Source: Candidatus Woesebacteria bacterium | GTDB taxonomy: Bacteria; Patescibacteriota; Microgenomatia; UBA1400; UBA12028 | NCBI GenBank assembly: GCA_040006915.1 | Contig: JBDTWD010000002.1 | Location: 42,613 to 106,612 of the forward strand | Direction: 5' to 3' | DNA: 64,000 nucleotides | Shown: one piece after another, positions 38,083 to 46,966 of the stretch | Layout: the number at the start of each line of letters is the position of its first letter | How positions within the stretch are numbered: position 1 is the stretch's first letter | Notes under the pieces: model-generated | Database searches by the model: none | Told to the model about the DNA's origin: nothing | What the model saw: only the letters and a program-made list of their open reading frames with translations | Program-made: the position numbers and the translations under genes

Positions 38083-39789
38083 ATGTTGATTCTCATTATT
38101 TTTGCATTCTTAGCTGGAATTGTCACAGTCTTATCTCCTTGTATCTTGCCTGTTCTCCCAATCGTTTTATCTGGAAGTTTAACTGGCGGTAAAAAACGGC
38201 CTTTAGGGATCGTTACTGGGTTTATTATCAGTTTTACCTTCTTTACTTTGCTTCTTTCTGCAATTGTGAAAGCCACTGGTATCTCATCTGAAGTATTACG
38301 TACCGTCTCCATTATCGTCATTGGATTATTTGGCGTCAGCCTCCTAGTTCCCCAAACTCAAATTCTTCTTGAAAAATTGTTCGCTAAAATCTCCGGCTTG
38401 GCTCCTCGATCAACAGGACAAGAAGGTTTTGGCAGTGGCGTGATCATTGGCTTAAGCCTGGGATTACTGTGGACTCCCTGTGTTGGTCCTATCCTTGCAT
38501 CAGTAATCACTTTAGCACTTACCGGCTCAACCAATGCCTCTGCCTTCTTTATCACCTTTGCCTATTCATTGGGGACTGGTCTTCCGATGTTAGCTATCAC
38601 CTACGGTGGACGACAATTGTTACAACGTGTCCCTTGGCTTCTGCGGAATACTGCCACGATTCAAAAAGCGTTTGGCGTATTAATGATTGCCATGGCAATT
38701 GCGCTCTATGCCAATATCGATCGCAAGTTCCAAACTATTATTTTGACCACCTTCCCTAACTATGGAACAGGATTAACAGCAATTGAAAACAATCCTTTAG
38801 TACAAAAAGAATTGGGGAATTTGGGAGCAAATCCAGGGGCGGTTCCGAGCAACTTGTCCGATCAAGGGGCGATTCCGAATCCGACTTTTTCGGGAGGTGG
38901 TACGTGGATTAACTCTGAACCACTTAATTTCAATACAAATTTAAAAGGCAAAGTCGTTCTCGTTGATTTCTGGACTTACAGTTGTATTAACTGTATTCGA
39001 ACACTTCCCTACCTAAAAGATTGGTATGCCAAATACAAAGACAAAGGATTTGTCATCATTGGAGTTCATTCACCTGAATTCGAATTTGAAAAAAATACAG
39101 AGAATGTAACCATGGCTGTGAAAGATTTTGGGATTGAATATCCGGTCGTTCAAGACAATGATCTCCTCATTTGGAACTCATATCAAAATCAATACTGGCC
39201 GGCGCACTACTTAGTTGATAGTCGTGGACACTTACGTGACACCCATTTTGGAGAAGGCGCATATGCAGAAACAGAACGAAACATTCAAGCACTCTTAAAA
39301 GAGGCAGGAGATACATCACTCCCTGAAGTTACTACCAAAGATCCTGCTAGTGGATTGCAATTACGATTAGGAGATCAAATGACTCCGGAAACATATTTAG
39401 GATCAATGAGAGCTCAAAGCTATACTTCTACTGAAAATCCAGACGTTCCATCAATGCAAACGATGTACGACTTTACTGGAACTCTAGAGAACGACAAAGT
39501 CGGGATACGAGGAAAATGGAGCATAGAAGATGAACGAATTACTTCAAACAGTGACTCGAGCACCTTGAGTTTAAACTTCAATGCGGGAAAAGTGTATTTA
39601 GTTTTAGGTGGCAAGAGCAACAAACCAGTGACGATCAAACTTGATGGGAATCGGATAGAGCCTGATATTACTGTAACGATGGACAAAAAATATGATGTGG
39701 TGGATTTGGGTGACAAACCTGGTCGCCATACAGTAGAACTCACCGTTCCATCCGGTATTTCTGCGTACGCCTTTACATTTGGAGAGTGA
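38083..39789 (+). CDS. CcdA/DsbD-type thiol:disulfide transporter fused to a thioredoxin-like (TlpA/ResA-type) domain and a C-terminal beta-rich domain
   Basis: N-terminal membrane domain with SPCILPVLP and a second Cys in WTPCVGP. Thioredoxin-fold region FWTYSCINCIRTLPYL (CxxC). Confidence 0.8.
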   Translation: MLILIIFAFLAGIVTVLSPCILPVLPIVLSGSLTGGKKRPLGIVTGFIISFTFFTLLLSAIVKATGISSEVLRTVSIIVIGLFGVSLLVPQTQILLEKLFAKISGLAPRSTGQEGFGSGVIIGLSLGLLWTPCVGPILASVITLALTGSTNASAFFITFAYSLGTGLPMLAITYGGRQLLQRVPWLLRNTATIQKAFGVLMIAMAIALYANIDRKFQTIILTTFPNYGTGLTAIENNPLVQKELGNLGANPGAVPSNLSDQGAIPNPTFSGGGTWINSEPLNFNTNLKGKVVLVDFWTYSCINCIRTLPYLKDWYAKYKDKGFVIIGVHSPEFEFEKNTENVTMAVKDFGIEYPVVQDNDLLIWNSYQNQYWPAHYLVDSRGHLRDTHFGEGAYAETERNIQALLKEAGDTSLPEVTTKDPASGLQLRLGDQMTPETYLGSMRAQSYTSTENPDVPSMQTMYDFTGTLENDKVGIRGKWSIEDERITSNSDSSTLSLNFNAGKVYLVLGGKSNKPVTIKLDGNRIEPDITVTMDKKYDVVDLGDKPGRHTVELTVPSGISAYAFTFGE

Positions 39790-40324
39790 CAATTTTCCCT
39801 GATACGCTTGCAGGTAACTTTGCTGTTTCTTCTGGAGTCAGAAATCCTTGAGGGACAAAAATCTTAACCGCTTTTGCCAGTGGAACGGTATGATTTACTG
39901 TTGCCACTCCTGACATCGGTTGATAGATCGATTGACCGGCATAGATTTTAGAACGAATCTCAATAGCACTACCAATATTCGTTGCATCGAGTTGCGCACT
40001 CACTGCAACATCATGCTGTAACTTCTCATATTGCTCCGAACCTTCAATTACCCAAGTTGGTGACAATGTTTCACTGTCAAATACGGCAAAAAACAGAGAA
40101 TCTTGATCCGATGAGAGTGCAGACAGTGCATCGAATACAAATACACCTTGCGCACCTTTATCTGCCGTTTGCACCAGAAATTCTCCATCTGTAAGTAAAA
40201 TGTTTTTATTTGTATCAGCATGGATGACCCACTTGCGTGGTTTGATCGCTTTAAAATCGGGAGCGACTGGAATATCTACTCCGGCTTGCAGAAGTAGCGG
40301 GGTAAGGTTTTGAATCAGCGACAT
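39773..40324 (-). CDS. Hypothetical protein (183 aa)
   Basis: Clean ORF convergent with the CcdA-Trx gene. Confidence 0.45.
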   Translation of the reverse strand: MSLIQNLTPLLLQAGVDIPVAPDFKAIKPRKWVIHADTNKNILLTDGEFLVQTADKGAQGVFVFDALSALSSDQDSLFFAVFDSETLSPTWVIEGSEQYEKLQHDVAVSAQLDATNIGSAIEIRSKIYAGQSIYQPMSGVATVNHTVPLAKAVKIFVPQGFLTPEETAKLPASVSGKIVTLQM

Positions 40325-40373
40325 AGTTTTGTCCTTTTATAGTATCACTACTGGTACAATTACCAACTAAACC

Positions 40374-40730
40374 ATGACAGAGCTTAATCTGCAAGAAATA
40401 GAAAATAGTTTTAAACAAGAACTTCGAATCAGTATTATGGATGATCCAGAATTTGCTGGGTTACTTTTGGAGTCCCTGATCACCGGATATCTCTCTTCAG
40501 AATCCATCGCAGCCTTGCGATTTTTTGTTTGGACTAAAACTATGAATCCCGAAAGACGCTATAGCGACTGGATACGACCAGCAGAAATTATTTTAAACCC
40601 TGGAAGTATTACTTTTAAAGGTGAAATAGAAGACCATGTATGGGATGGTATTCCCACTAATTTGATATATCTGTGGATTCAGGAAGTTGTATCAGAATAT
40701 ATACCTCCCCACCAAAGATATATTCAATAA
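40374..40730 (+). CDS. Hypothetical protein (118 aa)
   Basis: Clean ORF followed by a perfect palindromic hairpin. Confidence 0.45.
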   Translation: MTELNLQEIENSFKQELRISIMDDPEFAGLLLESLITGYLSSESIAALRFFVWTKTMNPERRYSDWIRPAEIILNPGSITFKGEIEDHVWDGIPTNLIYLWIQEVVSEYIPPHQRYIQ

Positions 40731-40738
40731 AAGAGAGC

Positions 40739-40760
40739 GGCCGGGTTTTTAAACCCGGCC
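40739..40760. terminator. Bidirectional terminator: perfect palindrome GGCCGGGTTTTTAAACCCGGCC between convergent genes
   Basis: The 10-bp GC-rich stem lies 8 nt after the plus-strand gene stop and 27 nt after the minus-strand gene stop, with a T-rich flank on the minus side. Confidence 0.55.
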
Positions 40761-40787
40761 ATTTGAGAAGAAATGTACTTGCAGTAA

Positions 40788-41000
40788 TTACATTTGGCGC
40801 AGTTTTTTGCGTTCTTTAGGGGGCAGGGTTACAGTTTTTCCCTCCTTATAAAAGAGAGTTGCATCAGTTGCCTGTGTCAGGGAATCGACTTCGACACTCA
40901 GCTCGCACCCCATTGGCAAAGGAACTGGAGTGTTTTTAGCAACCCCAACGCCATAGCCTGTAGCACGCTCCTGCACCAAAACCTTGATCATTGCCGCCAT
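40788..41000 (-). CDS. Small hypothetical protein (70 aa)
   Basis: The ORF ends 27 nt before the shared terminator hairpin. Confidence 0.35.
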   Translation of the reverse strand: MAAMIKVLVQERATGYGVGVAKNTPVPLPMGCELSVEVDSLTQATDATLFYKEGKTVTLPPKERKKLRQM

Positions 41001-41163
41001 TTCGTTCTACTCCTTTTTCGCCCTTTTCCTCCTCTTCAACGCATAGGAATCAGATTCAGGGAGGGCAAGAAAATAGGCACGATATGCACCTAGAAGTATT
41101 ATAGTTTACTATAGGCTCAAGTCAACCATACAAATTGGTGGTAGATCAGCTACAATAAAATGT

Positions 41164-42633
41164 GTGAAAAAAATATTTTGCATCGTTCTTTTACTTCTTT
41201 GCTCTTTTATCCGTCCCCAACCGGCACTCGCAGCTGTTGCCAGTTCCCCTCATTTGGTCATAAATTTTTCCGAAATGACGCTCCTTGATTGGACTGTACC
41301 AGAGGAACAATGGCAAACTGAGCTCAGACCAAAGATCGAAGCTCAAATCAAGGAGATGAAAGCTGCGGTGATGTCCAATCAACGATCACCAGAGGGAGCT
41401 ATTCTCACTTGGTCTACTCTCATGGAGTATATGAATACTCCTATGGACGCCCCTTCAGAACATTCTCCCTATGCCATCAAGATGCGTCGGATCCTCGAAA
41501 TAGCTGAAGATTTGGATTTCCCAGTCTTTGTGCCTTTAAATGGTTTTCAGTGGTGGGATGAATTACCAGAACTGTATAACTGGTGGGACTCTGATGGAAC
41601 CCACACTGATCCCAAGTTTTTTGCTCGGCAAAAAGATCCAGCCGACTTTAAGCGTCGATTCATAGCCGGATACAATCCAGACAACAAATGGAATGTGGCT
41701 TGGCAAGATGCACAAACTCCAATGAAGTTAAATTTCCGCAACTGGGGTGGAGGGGGATTCGTGCTCGCTCCTCCACCAAATTTAACCGACAACACAAAAG
41801 CTCCTCTGAGTTACCGTAAACTGCAGTTTGAACGACAACGTGTCATCGTTCAGGAGATTGTAAAAAAACATGTCCAATGGAAAGCGGAAGGAAAAGAGTA
41901 TTTATTTGCCGGACTCACCATCGGAACAGAAATCTCTTTGAACGCTTCAGTCACTCCCAAAGACGAATTCAAATCATATGGAGGATCGGAGAAGGTTGCA
42001 GTGGTCTCTACATATTTGGAAACCAACGCACAATTTATTATGCGTTCTGGAATCCCAAAAGATTTAATTTATGCCCATGTGTTAGGAGAACAAGAAAAAA
42101 ATGATCCCCACTACAGTGGAATTGCTCCCGCAGCTTTTAATTTATATTCCAGTCCAGCCACAAGTTTGTATGGGTTTGCCGAAAATCCGCTGGCTTCTTC
42201 CGTTTGGAAAAATGTCATAGTTCAGAACGGAAATCCAAACTGGGGAGCGGTTGAATACACCTCCTCACCCACCCTTTCGGGCCTTACAACAACCTTTGCC
42301 AGCGCGCATATCGTGGATATATATAACTGGGATCAAATGAAAGGAACCAGTAGCGTTCAAACTGTTAAAACATTTTTGAAGGCCCCCGTGAAAACGGACA
42401 ACTGCGAAGTTAAAAGTTCAGTCATCCATACTCAACGCGGTTTACTCGCCAAACTTTCGAATCCCGATTTAAATCCAGGTGAATTGGGTCATGGAATCTA
42501 TGTTAGATTTACGGAAGATATCTGTGCGAATGGGAATAGAAAATACAGTGAACCAGAAACATTCTATATCCCTCTTCCCTCACCCGTTGATACGACTCCC
42601 CAATGGGTGAAATGGTTTCTTGGCCATTTCTGA
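41164..42633 (+). CDS. Secreted hypothetical protein (489 aa) with an N-terminal signal peptide
   Basis: MKKIFCIVLLLLCSFIRPQPALAAV is a signal peptide. It contains a segment AILTWSTLMEYMNT that is paralogous to the next gene. Confidence 0.6.
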   Translation: MKKIFCIVLLLLCSFIRPQPALAAVASSPHLVINFSEMTLLDWTVPEEQWQTELRPKIEAQIKEMKAAVMSNQRSPEGAILTWSTLMEYMNTPMDAPSEHSPYAIKMRRILEIAEDLDFPVFVPLNGFQWWDELPELYNWWDSDGTHTDPKFFARQKDPADFKRRFIAGYNPDNKWNVAWQDAQTPMKLNFRNWGGGGFVLAPPPNLTDNTKAPLSYRKLQFERQRVIVQEIVKKHVQWKAEGKEYLFAGLTIGTEISLNASVTPKDEFKSYGGSEKVAVVSTYLETNAQFIMRSGIPKDLIYAHVLGEQEKNDPHYSGIAPAAFNLYSSPATSLYGFAENPLASSVWKNVIVQNGNPNWGAVEYTSSPTLSGLTTTFASAHIVDIYNWDQMKGTSSVQTVKTFLKAPVKTDNCEVKSSVIHTQRGLLAKLSNPDLNPGELGHGIYVRFTEDICANGNRKYSEPETFYIPLPSPVDTTPQWVKWFLGHF

Positions 42634-42669
42634 TATAATCGCCTCCAATCGCTACCTAGAGGAGAAAAT

Positions 42670-43098
42670 ATGCATGAACAAAACAACCACGAATATAGTC
42701 ATACAGGTGACCTAACTCAAGAAGAGACTGCAGCTACTGTGATTACAGGAAGTATTGAACAACTAAAAAACTTTTTGTTAAAAAACCAAAGCTATGATGC
42801 AATGGAAAGGACAATGAAAAGTTTGGTTCTGGCAATTCCGGCTCCTGAATTTGAAGCCATTCGAGAACGTCTGAAAGCAAACCAGGAAAATACTGCAGGA
42901 GCCACTATCTCAACTTGGTCCCAATGGATGGAATGGTTTAATACTTCTGGGGTTCCGACAATCCATAAAGTAAAAGATGCTCTTTTAAATGTTGCCAGGC
43001 TCCGATATCCTAACAGACCTAGAATCGGATTAATGCTGGAAGAAGAGTTCGTACAAACAGTGATCAAAATCGCTCAATCACAAGAAAAGAACAGGTAA
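42670..43098 (+). CDS. Hypothetical protein (142 aa) carrying a domain paralogous to the N-terminus of the upstream secreted protein
   Basis: ATISTWSQWMEWFNTSGVP versus AILTWSTLMEYMNTPMDAP in the 41164 gene, with EAQIKEMK/EFEAIRERLK-like helices preceding the motif in both. Confidence 0.5.
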   Translation: MHEQNNHEYSHTGDLTQEETAATVITGSIEQLKNFLLKNQSYDAMERTMKSLVLAIPAPEFEAIRERLKANQENTAGATISTWSQWMEWFNTSGVPTIHKVKDALLNVARLRYPNRPRIGLMLEEEFVQTVIKIAQSQEKNR

Positions 43099-43099
43099 G

Positions 43100-44716
43100 T
43101 TATTTATCATATTTTTCTTTCCACGCTTGAAAAACCTTGAGCGCAATAGGAGACGCGTTTGTACTTCCTTCCAAAAATGGGTGATCGTCTGTTGATTCAA
43201 CAAAAACTGTGATTGCCACTTTGGGTTTCTGTTTTGGATAAAACATCGTAAACCATCCGTGGGTACGTTTTTTCCCTTGCGCTAGTGTTGCTCCGAATTC
43301 TGCAGTTCCGGTTTTACAAGCGATTTTTTTCTCTTCCGGTAAAGTACTCGTGAGAGGAAAGAATGGAAAAGCAGTGCCACCGGCATTGCAAACACCAACC
43401 ATTCCCTCAATTACTTCGTCAATATATTTGGAATCAATTTGTACATCAGTACACAGCGGATCTTTGCTGAGTTTCAAAGTCAGTGGACACCAAGATCCGT
43501 GTCTAGCAAGCGTCGCTGTCATATTATTCACTTGCACGGGTGTTGCAAGTAAATACCCTTGTCCAATTCCTAAGTTATACGTGTCTCCTAAAAACCATTT
43601 ATCTCCGATTTTCTTTTCTTTCCAAGCACTATTCGGGAGCAAACCAGCAGCTTCCCCCGGAAGTTCTAATCCGGTAGATTTTCCAAAGCCAAATTGTCCG
43701 GCCATCGCATCAATCTTGTCGGGTCCCACTGACTCTGCGGTTTTGTAAAAATAAATATCGTTACTCCGAGCCAAAGCTCGCACTAATGAAATGTTACCTT
43801 CAACTTTTCCATATTGGCGCCAATACCAGTTTCCAAAAACGCTCTCCCCTGCTTTGATTTCTCCCGTATCCTCAAATTGAGTTTGAGCGGTAATTGTTCC
43901 AGCCTGTAGCGCTGCAAGCGCTACCATTGGTTTAAACGTACTTCCCGGTGGAAACGCAGTGATACTACGATTGATGAGTGGTTTCTTTTGATCAGTGAGC
44001 GCACTCGAAATTGACGCTACTGAATATGATGGACTGCTAATCAAGGTCAAAACTTGTCCACTAGGAATATCACTCACGACCACGGCTCCTGGCTCACCAG
44101 CTAATGCTACAGCTGCCACATCCGAAAGGTGTTTATCCACAGAAAGCGTAACGTCAGTTCCGGCCTGGGGATCTTCTAGCATAACGATGGACCGCTGCAT
44201 TACACCCTTAGCAGAAATTTCGATCAGCTGTGTTCCTGATTTTCCTCTCAAGATAGGTTCAAAGCTTTTCTCAACCCCTGACTTCCCCACCCGATTTTCA
44301 TAGCGTTGATCCAGAACATCTAATGAGTCGGCAAATCCAGTAAAACCAATCACATGAACCAGCGAGGCTGATACTGGGCTGTCTCGTCGTGACCGAAAAA
44401 AAACACTACTCGGACTTGCAGCTCGCACACGTAGCGCTTCCTCAGGTGAAATTTCTGGGAGTGACCAAATATCAGCAAATAATTTGGAAGCTGATCCTGT
44501 TGCTAAAAAATACTGCGGAGTATTGGCTACCAGAACATTTCCGTCTCTATCCAAAATCACTCCTCGTTTTCCCGGAACACTCACTCGAAACAATCGATTT
44601 TCATCAGCTAATTCACGATTTTGATCCCCAGAAAGCACCGTTAAATCAACGGCTCTGGCGATACACACCGCCATCGCAAAGGAATATAAAAATAACAGAA
44701 TTGACCATGGTTTCAT
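43100..44716 (-). CDS. mrdA: Penicillin-binding protein 2 (elongasome transpeptidase)
   Basis: SxxK motif STFKP and KTG motif KTGTAEF. Sits directly downstream of mreBCD. Confidence 0.9.
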   Translation of the reverse strand: MKPWSILLFLYSFAMAVCIARAVDLTVLSGDQNRELADENRLFRVSVPGKRGVILDRDGNVLVANTPQYFLATGSASKLFADIWSLPEISPEEALRVRAASPSSVFFRSRRDSPVSASLVHVIGFTGFADSLDVLDQRYENRVGKSGVEKSFEPILRGKSGTQLIEISAKGVMQRSIVMLEDPQAGTDVTLSVDKHLSDVAAVALAGEPGAVVVSDIPSGQVLTLISSPSYSVASISSALTDQKKPLINRSITAFPPGSTFKPMVALAALQAGTITAQTQFEDTGEIKAGESVFGNWYWRQYGKVEGNISLVRALARSNDIYFYKTAESVGPDKIDAMAGQFGFGKSTGLELPGEAAGLLPNSAWKEKKIGDKWFLGDTYNLGIGQGYLLATPVQVNNMTATLARHGSWCPLTLKLSKDPLCTDVQIDSKYIDEVIEGMVGVCNAGGTAFPFFPLTSTLPEEKKIACKTGTAEFGATLAQGKKRTHGWFTMFYPKQKPKVAITVFVESTDDHPFLEGSTNASPIALKVFQAWKEKYDK

Positions 44717-45132
44717 ACGGATCCTATTTCAAAAACGTGGGATCTATTCAATGAGGAGCGAATGGTTAAGAAAGAGAAAAAAAGTATACATCCCAAAGCG
44801 AGTGGAGAGAAATGCGGATAGATACCATAGGCTACTACCGAAAACAAAGAAAAGAACACAATGGTTTTTACCAATCCTAACAAAGACTTGGCGTAAACGT
44901 AAGGAAACAATACGCCCGCTCCTCCAACAACGAGAAGACTCATTCCTAGTGGTAAAAAGAAGAAGAGATCTACGGCCAGACTACCCATCACAAACAGTAG
45001 TATCGGCATTGGCATCGTCAAAAACAAAAAGAATAGAGTCATCCACACGACTGCTACCCCAGTAAATAAACGCCCGATCAAAACTGCGACTATACAGAAC
45101 AAAAGGATCCGACTCAGAGAAGTAAAGGTCAT
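44713..45132 (-). CDS. mreD: Rod shape-determining protein MreD
   Basis: 139-aa polytopic membrane protein between mreC and pbp2 in the canonical gene order. Overlaps pbp2 by 4 nt. Confidence 0.7.
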   Translation of the reverse strand: MTFTSLSRILLFCIVAVLIGRLFTGVAVVWMTLFFLFLTMPMPILLFVMGSLAVDLFFFLPLGMSLLVVGGAGVLFPYVYAKSLLGLVKTIVFFSLFSVVAYGIYPHFSPLALGCILFFSFLTIRSSLNRSHVFEIGSV

Positions 45133-45135
45133 AGA

Positions 45136-45927
45136 TTATGGTTTTTCGGCTACTATATCTACCAGTAACGATACCTTCGAAGGTGCAAGGGCAGTCACTT
45201 CTACCTGACTGACACTATCGGACGGGCTCGTCAAAATTTTTGAGACTTTAGCAACTGGATACGATCGATCACTCGTTTTTCCATCAGGAACCGAAACCAA
45301 TGCATCATCGCTCTGAATTGATTCAATGCGAGCTGAAAATTGAACCAGAAGTTTGCCCCGCTCAAGCTGTAATAATCCTAATTCATGGCTTTGTTGATGC
45401 ATGACCAAGATTGGAACCGGTGCATCATCAATTGTTTCGACAGTACTAAACGAGCGAGAAACAGTATCGATAGTTCCAAGATAGTTGCCATCTAGCAGTA
45501 CAATCTCTCCAGTTTTGACACCCCCATCACTTCCAAGCAATACAATCCATTTCCCTTGAAACTTTGAAAGTGACGTCGAGTGCTTTTCTTCAGATTTTTT
45601 TTGTGCTGACCCGGTCGCTTGACATAACTGCTCTAGGCTTTGAATTTGGGCCTGACTAGTAACCGTTTGGGCATATAGTTGCCGATTGTATTTTTCCAAT
45701 GCTGATAGTGCCGGTAACGAACCAAGACCATTTTGAAGTCTTTGTCCAATGGCAGTTGCGTATGAGGTAAGTAAGATACTGTGGGAATCAAATTGCGATG
45801 AAAGTTGGGTGCGTGCCCGCGAGATTTTTCCTGAAAAAAAAGGGACACTGCTAACTATGCATAAAAAGAATCCTAGACAAAAATAGGTGTAGGATTGCGA
45901 ACGTAAGGTATGTAAATCTCGATTCAT
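45136..45927 (-). CDS. mreC: Rod shape-determining protein MreC
   Basis: N-terminal TM segment, a coiled-coil region, then a beta domain. Position between mreB and mreD. Confidence 0.7.
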   Translation of the reverse strand: MNRDLHTLRSQSYTYFCLGFFLCIVSSVPFFSGKISRARTQLSSQFDSHSILLTSYATAIGQRLQNGLGSLPALSALEKYNRQLYAQTVTSQAQIQSLEQLCQATGSAQKKSEEKHSTSLSKFQGKWIVLLGSDGGVKTGEIVLLDGNYLGTIDTVSRSFSTVETIDDAPVPILVMHQQSHELGLLQLERGKLLVQFSARIESIQSDDALVSVPDGKTSDRSYPVAKVSKILTSPSDSVSQVEVTALAPSKVSLLVDIVAEKP

Positions 45928-46928
45928 ACATCTTGATGCGAAATAGAGGTTGCAGCTCCTAAAACTGAAGCAATATGTGGCCTACTCACAAGTTCTGGAG
46001 TTCGTCCAAGCGCTTTGGCGAAACTAGTTTTTGCCTCAGGAATCACACTTAAGCCTCCGCTTAAAAACAGCGAAACAGGTGGATGAGTAGCGGCAATGAT
46101 TTCTTGATATGAGCGAAGACGAAAACCAACTGCAGACGAAAGCTGCGCAAAAAACTGGCTACAAACGGATGACATGTCAGCGTCCGATAGTTGGACTGAT
46201 CGCAATACCCCGGTATGAATATCCTTCCCCCGCAGTACAGCGGAGAACTGAGACTGGCTCGCTTTTGCTTTTACATACAATTCTTTTAATGGAGGCAGTG
46301 AATGCTGCGAAACAATTACCCCGTAGGTCGCATGAATATAGATTTGCAATAATTGATCTAAATCGCTTCCTCCCGCCGGGAGACAACAGGTAAAAACTTC
46401 AGTCCCTCCCGTATATAAACCTACTTGGGTTAAAGACTCACCGATTCGAATCATGACCACCGTATGTTCAGGGACAGTATTTCCCACAGCATAACGAAAC
46501 TCGCCAAATATTTGCGATACCGTGGCAATCGGTAAGAAATTGGCTTCTCGCAGAACCTGGGTAAAGATTTTCTTATATGGAGTTGGAAACTCACTGGGAA
46601 CAACAAGGACAGCAGGAATTGGGAGAATTTTCCGTTTGAACGTCGTTGAGAGTTTTTTTCGCAAACTATAGACGTACTTTACACACTTTGCTTCATCCTG
46701 CGGAATCCCACGCCAAAACAATGGACTCACATCAATGTCGAAAGACCCAGAAAAATCTAAACTGGCTGCTTTTGCACCAAACCCCATAGCTTCTCCACTG
46801 ACAAGTGAGAGAGCGATACGGGCTGGCTCATCTATCAAGGTTTTGCGACCAGAAGTCAAAATAATCGTGCGTGATGAACCAATTTTTATAATCACCGGCT
46901 GAAAGAAGGAAAAACGTGATGGAATCAT
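45924..46928 (-). CDS. mreB: Rod shape-determining protein MreB (divergent actin-like ATPase)
   Basis: IIKIGSSRTIIL resembles the MreB IGIDLGTANT phosphate-1 loop. IRIGESLTQVG and LSGGLSVIPE resemble phosphate-2 and adenosine motifs. The start is set at the internal Met, because the ORF-track start at 47033 adds 35 non-MreB residues and would overlap the divergent gene. Confidence 0.65.
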   Translation of the reverse strand: MIPSRFSFFQPVIIKIGSSRTIILTSGRKTLIDEPARIALSLVSGEAMGFGAKAASLDFSGSFDIDVSPLFWRGIPQDEAKCVKYVYSLRKKLSTTFKRKILPIPAVLVVPSEFPTPYKKIFTQVLREANFLPIATVSQIFGEFRYAVGNTVPEHTVVMIRIGESLTQVGLYTGGTEVFTCCLPAGGSDLDQLLQIYIHATYGVIVSQHSLPPLKELYVKAKASQSQFSAVLRGKDIHTGVLRSVQLSDADMSSVCSQFFAQLSSAVGFRLRSYQEIIAATHPPVSLFLSGGLSVIPEAKTSFAKALGRTPELVSRPHIASVLGAATSISHQDV

Positions 46929-46966
46929 GGCGCCCCCATCATACCAGCATCTGATATCATAGTGAA

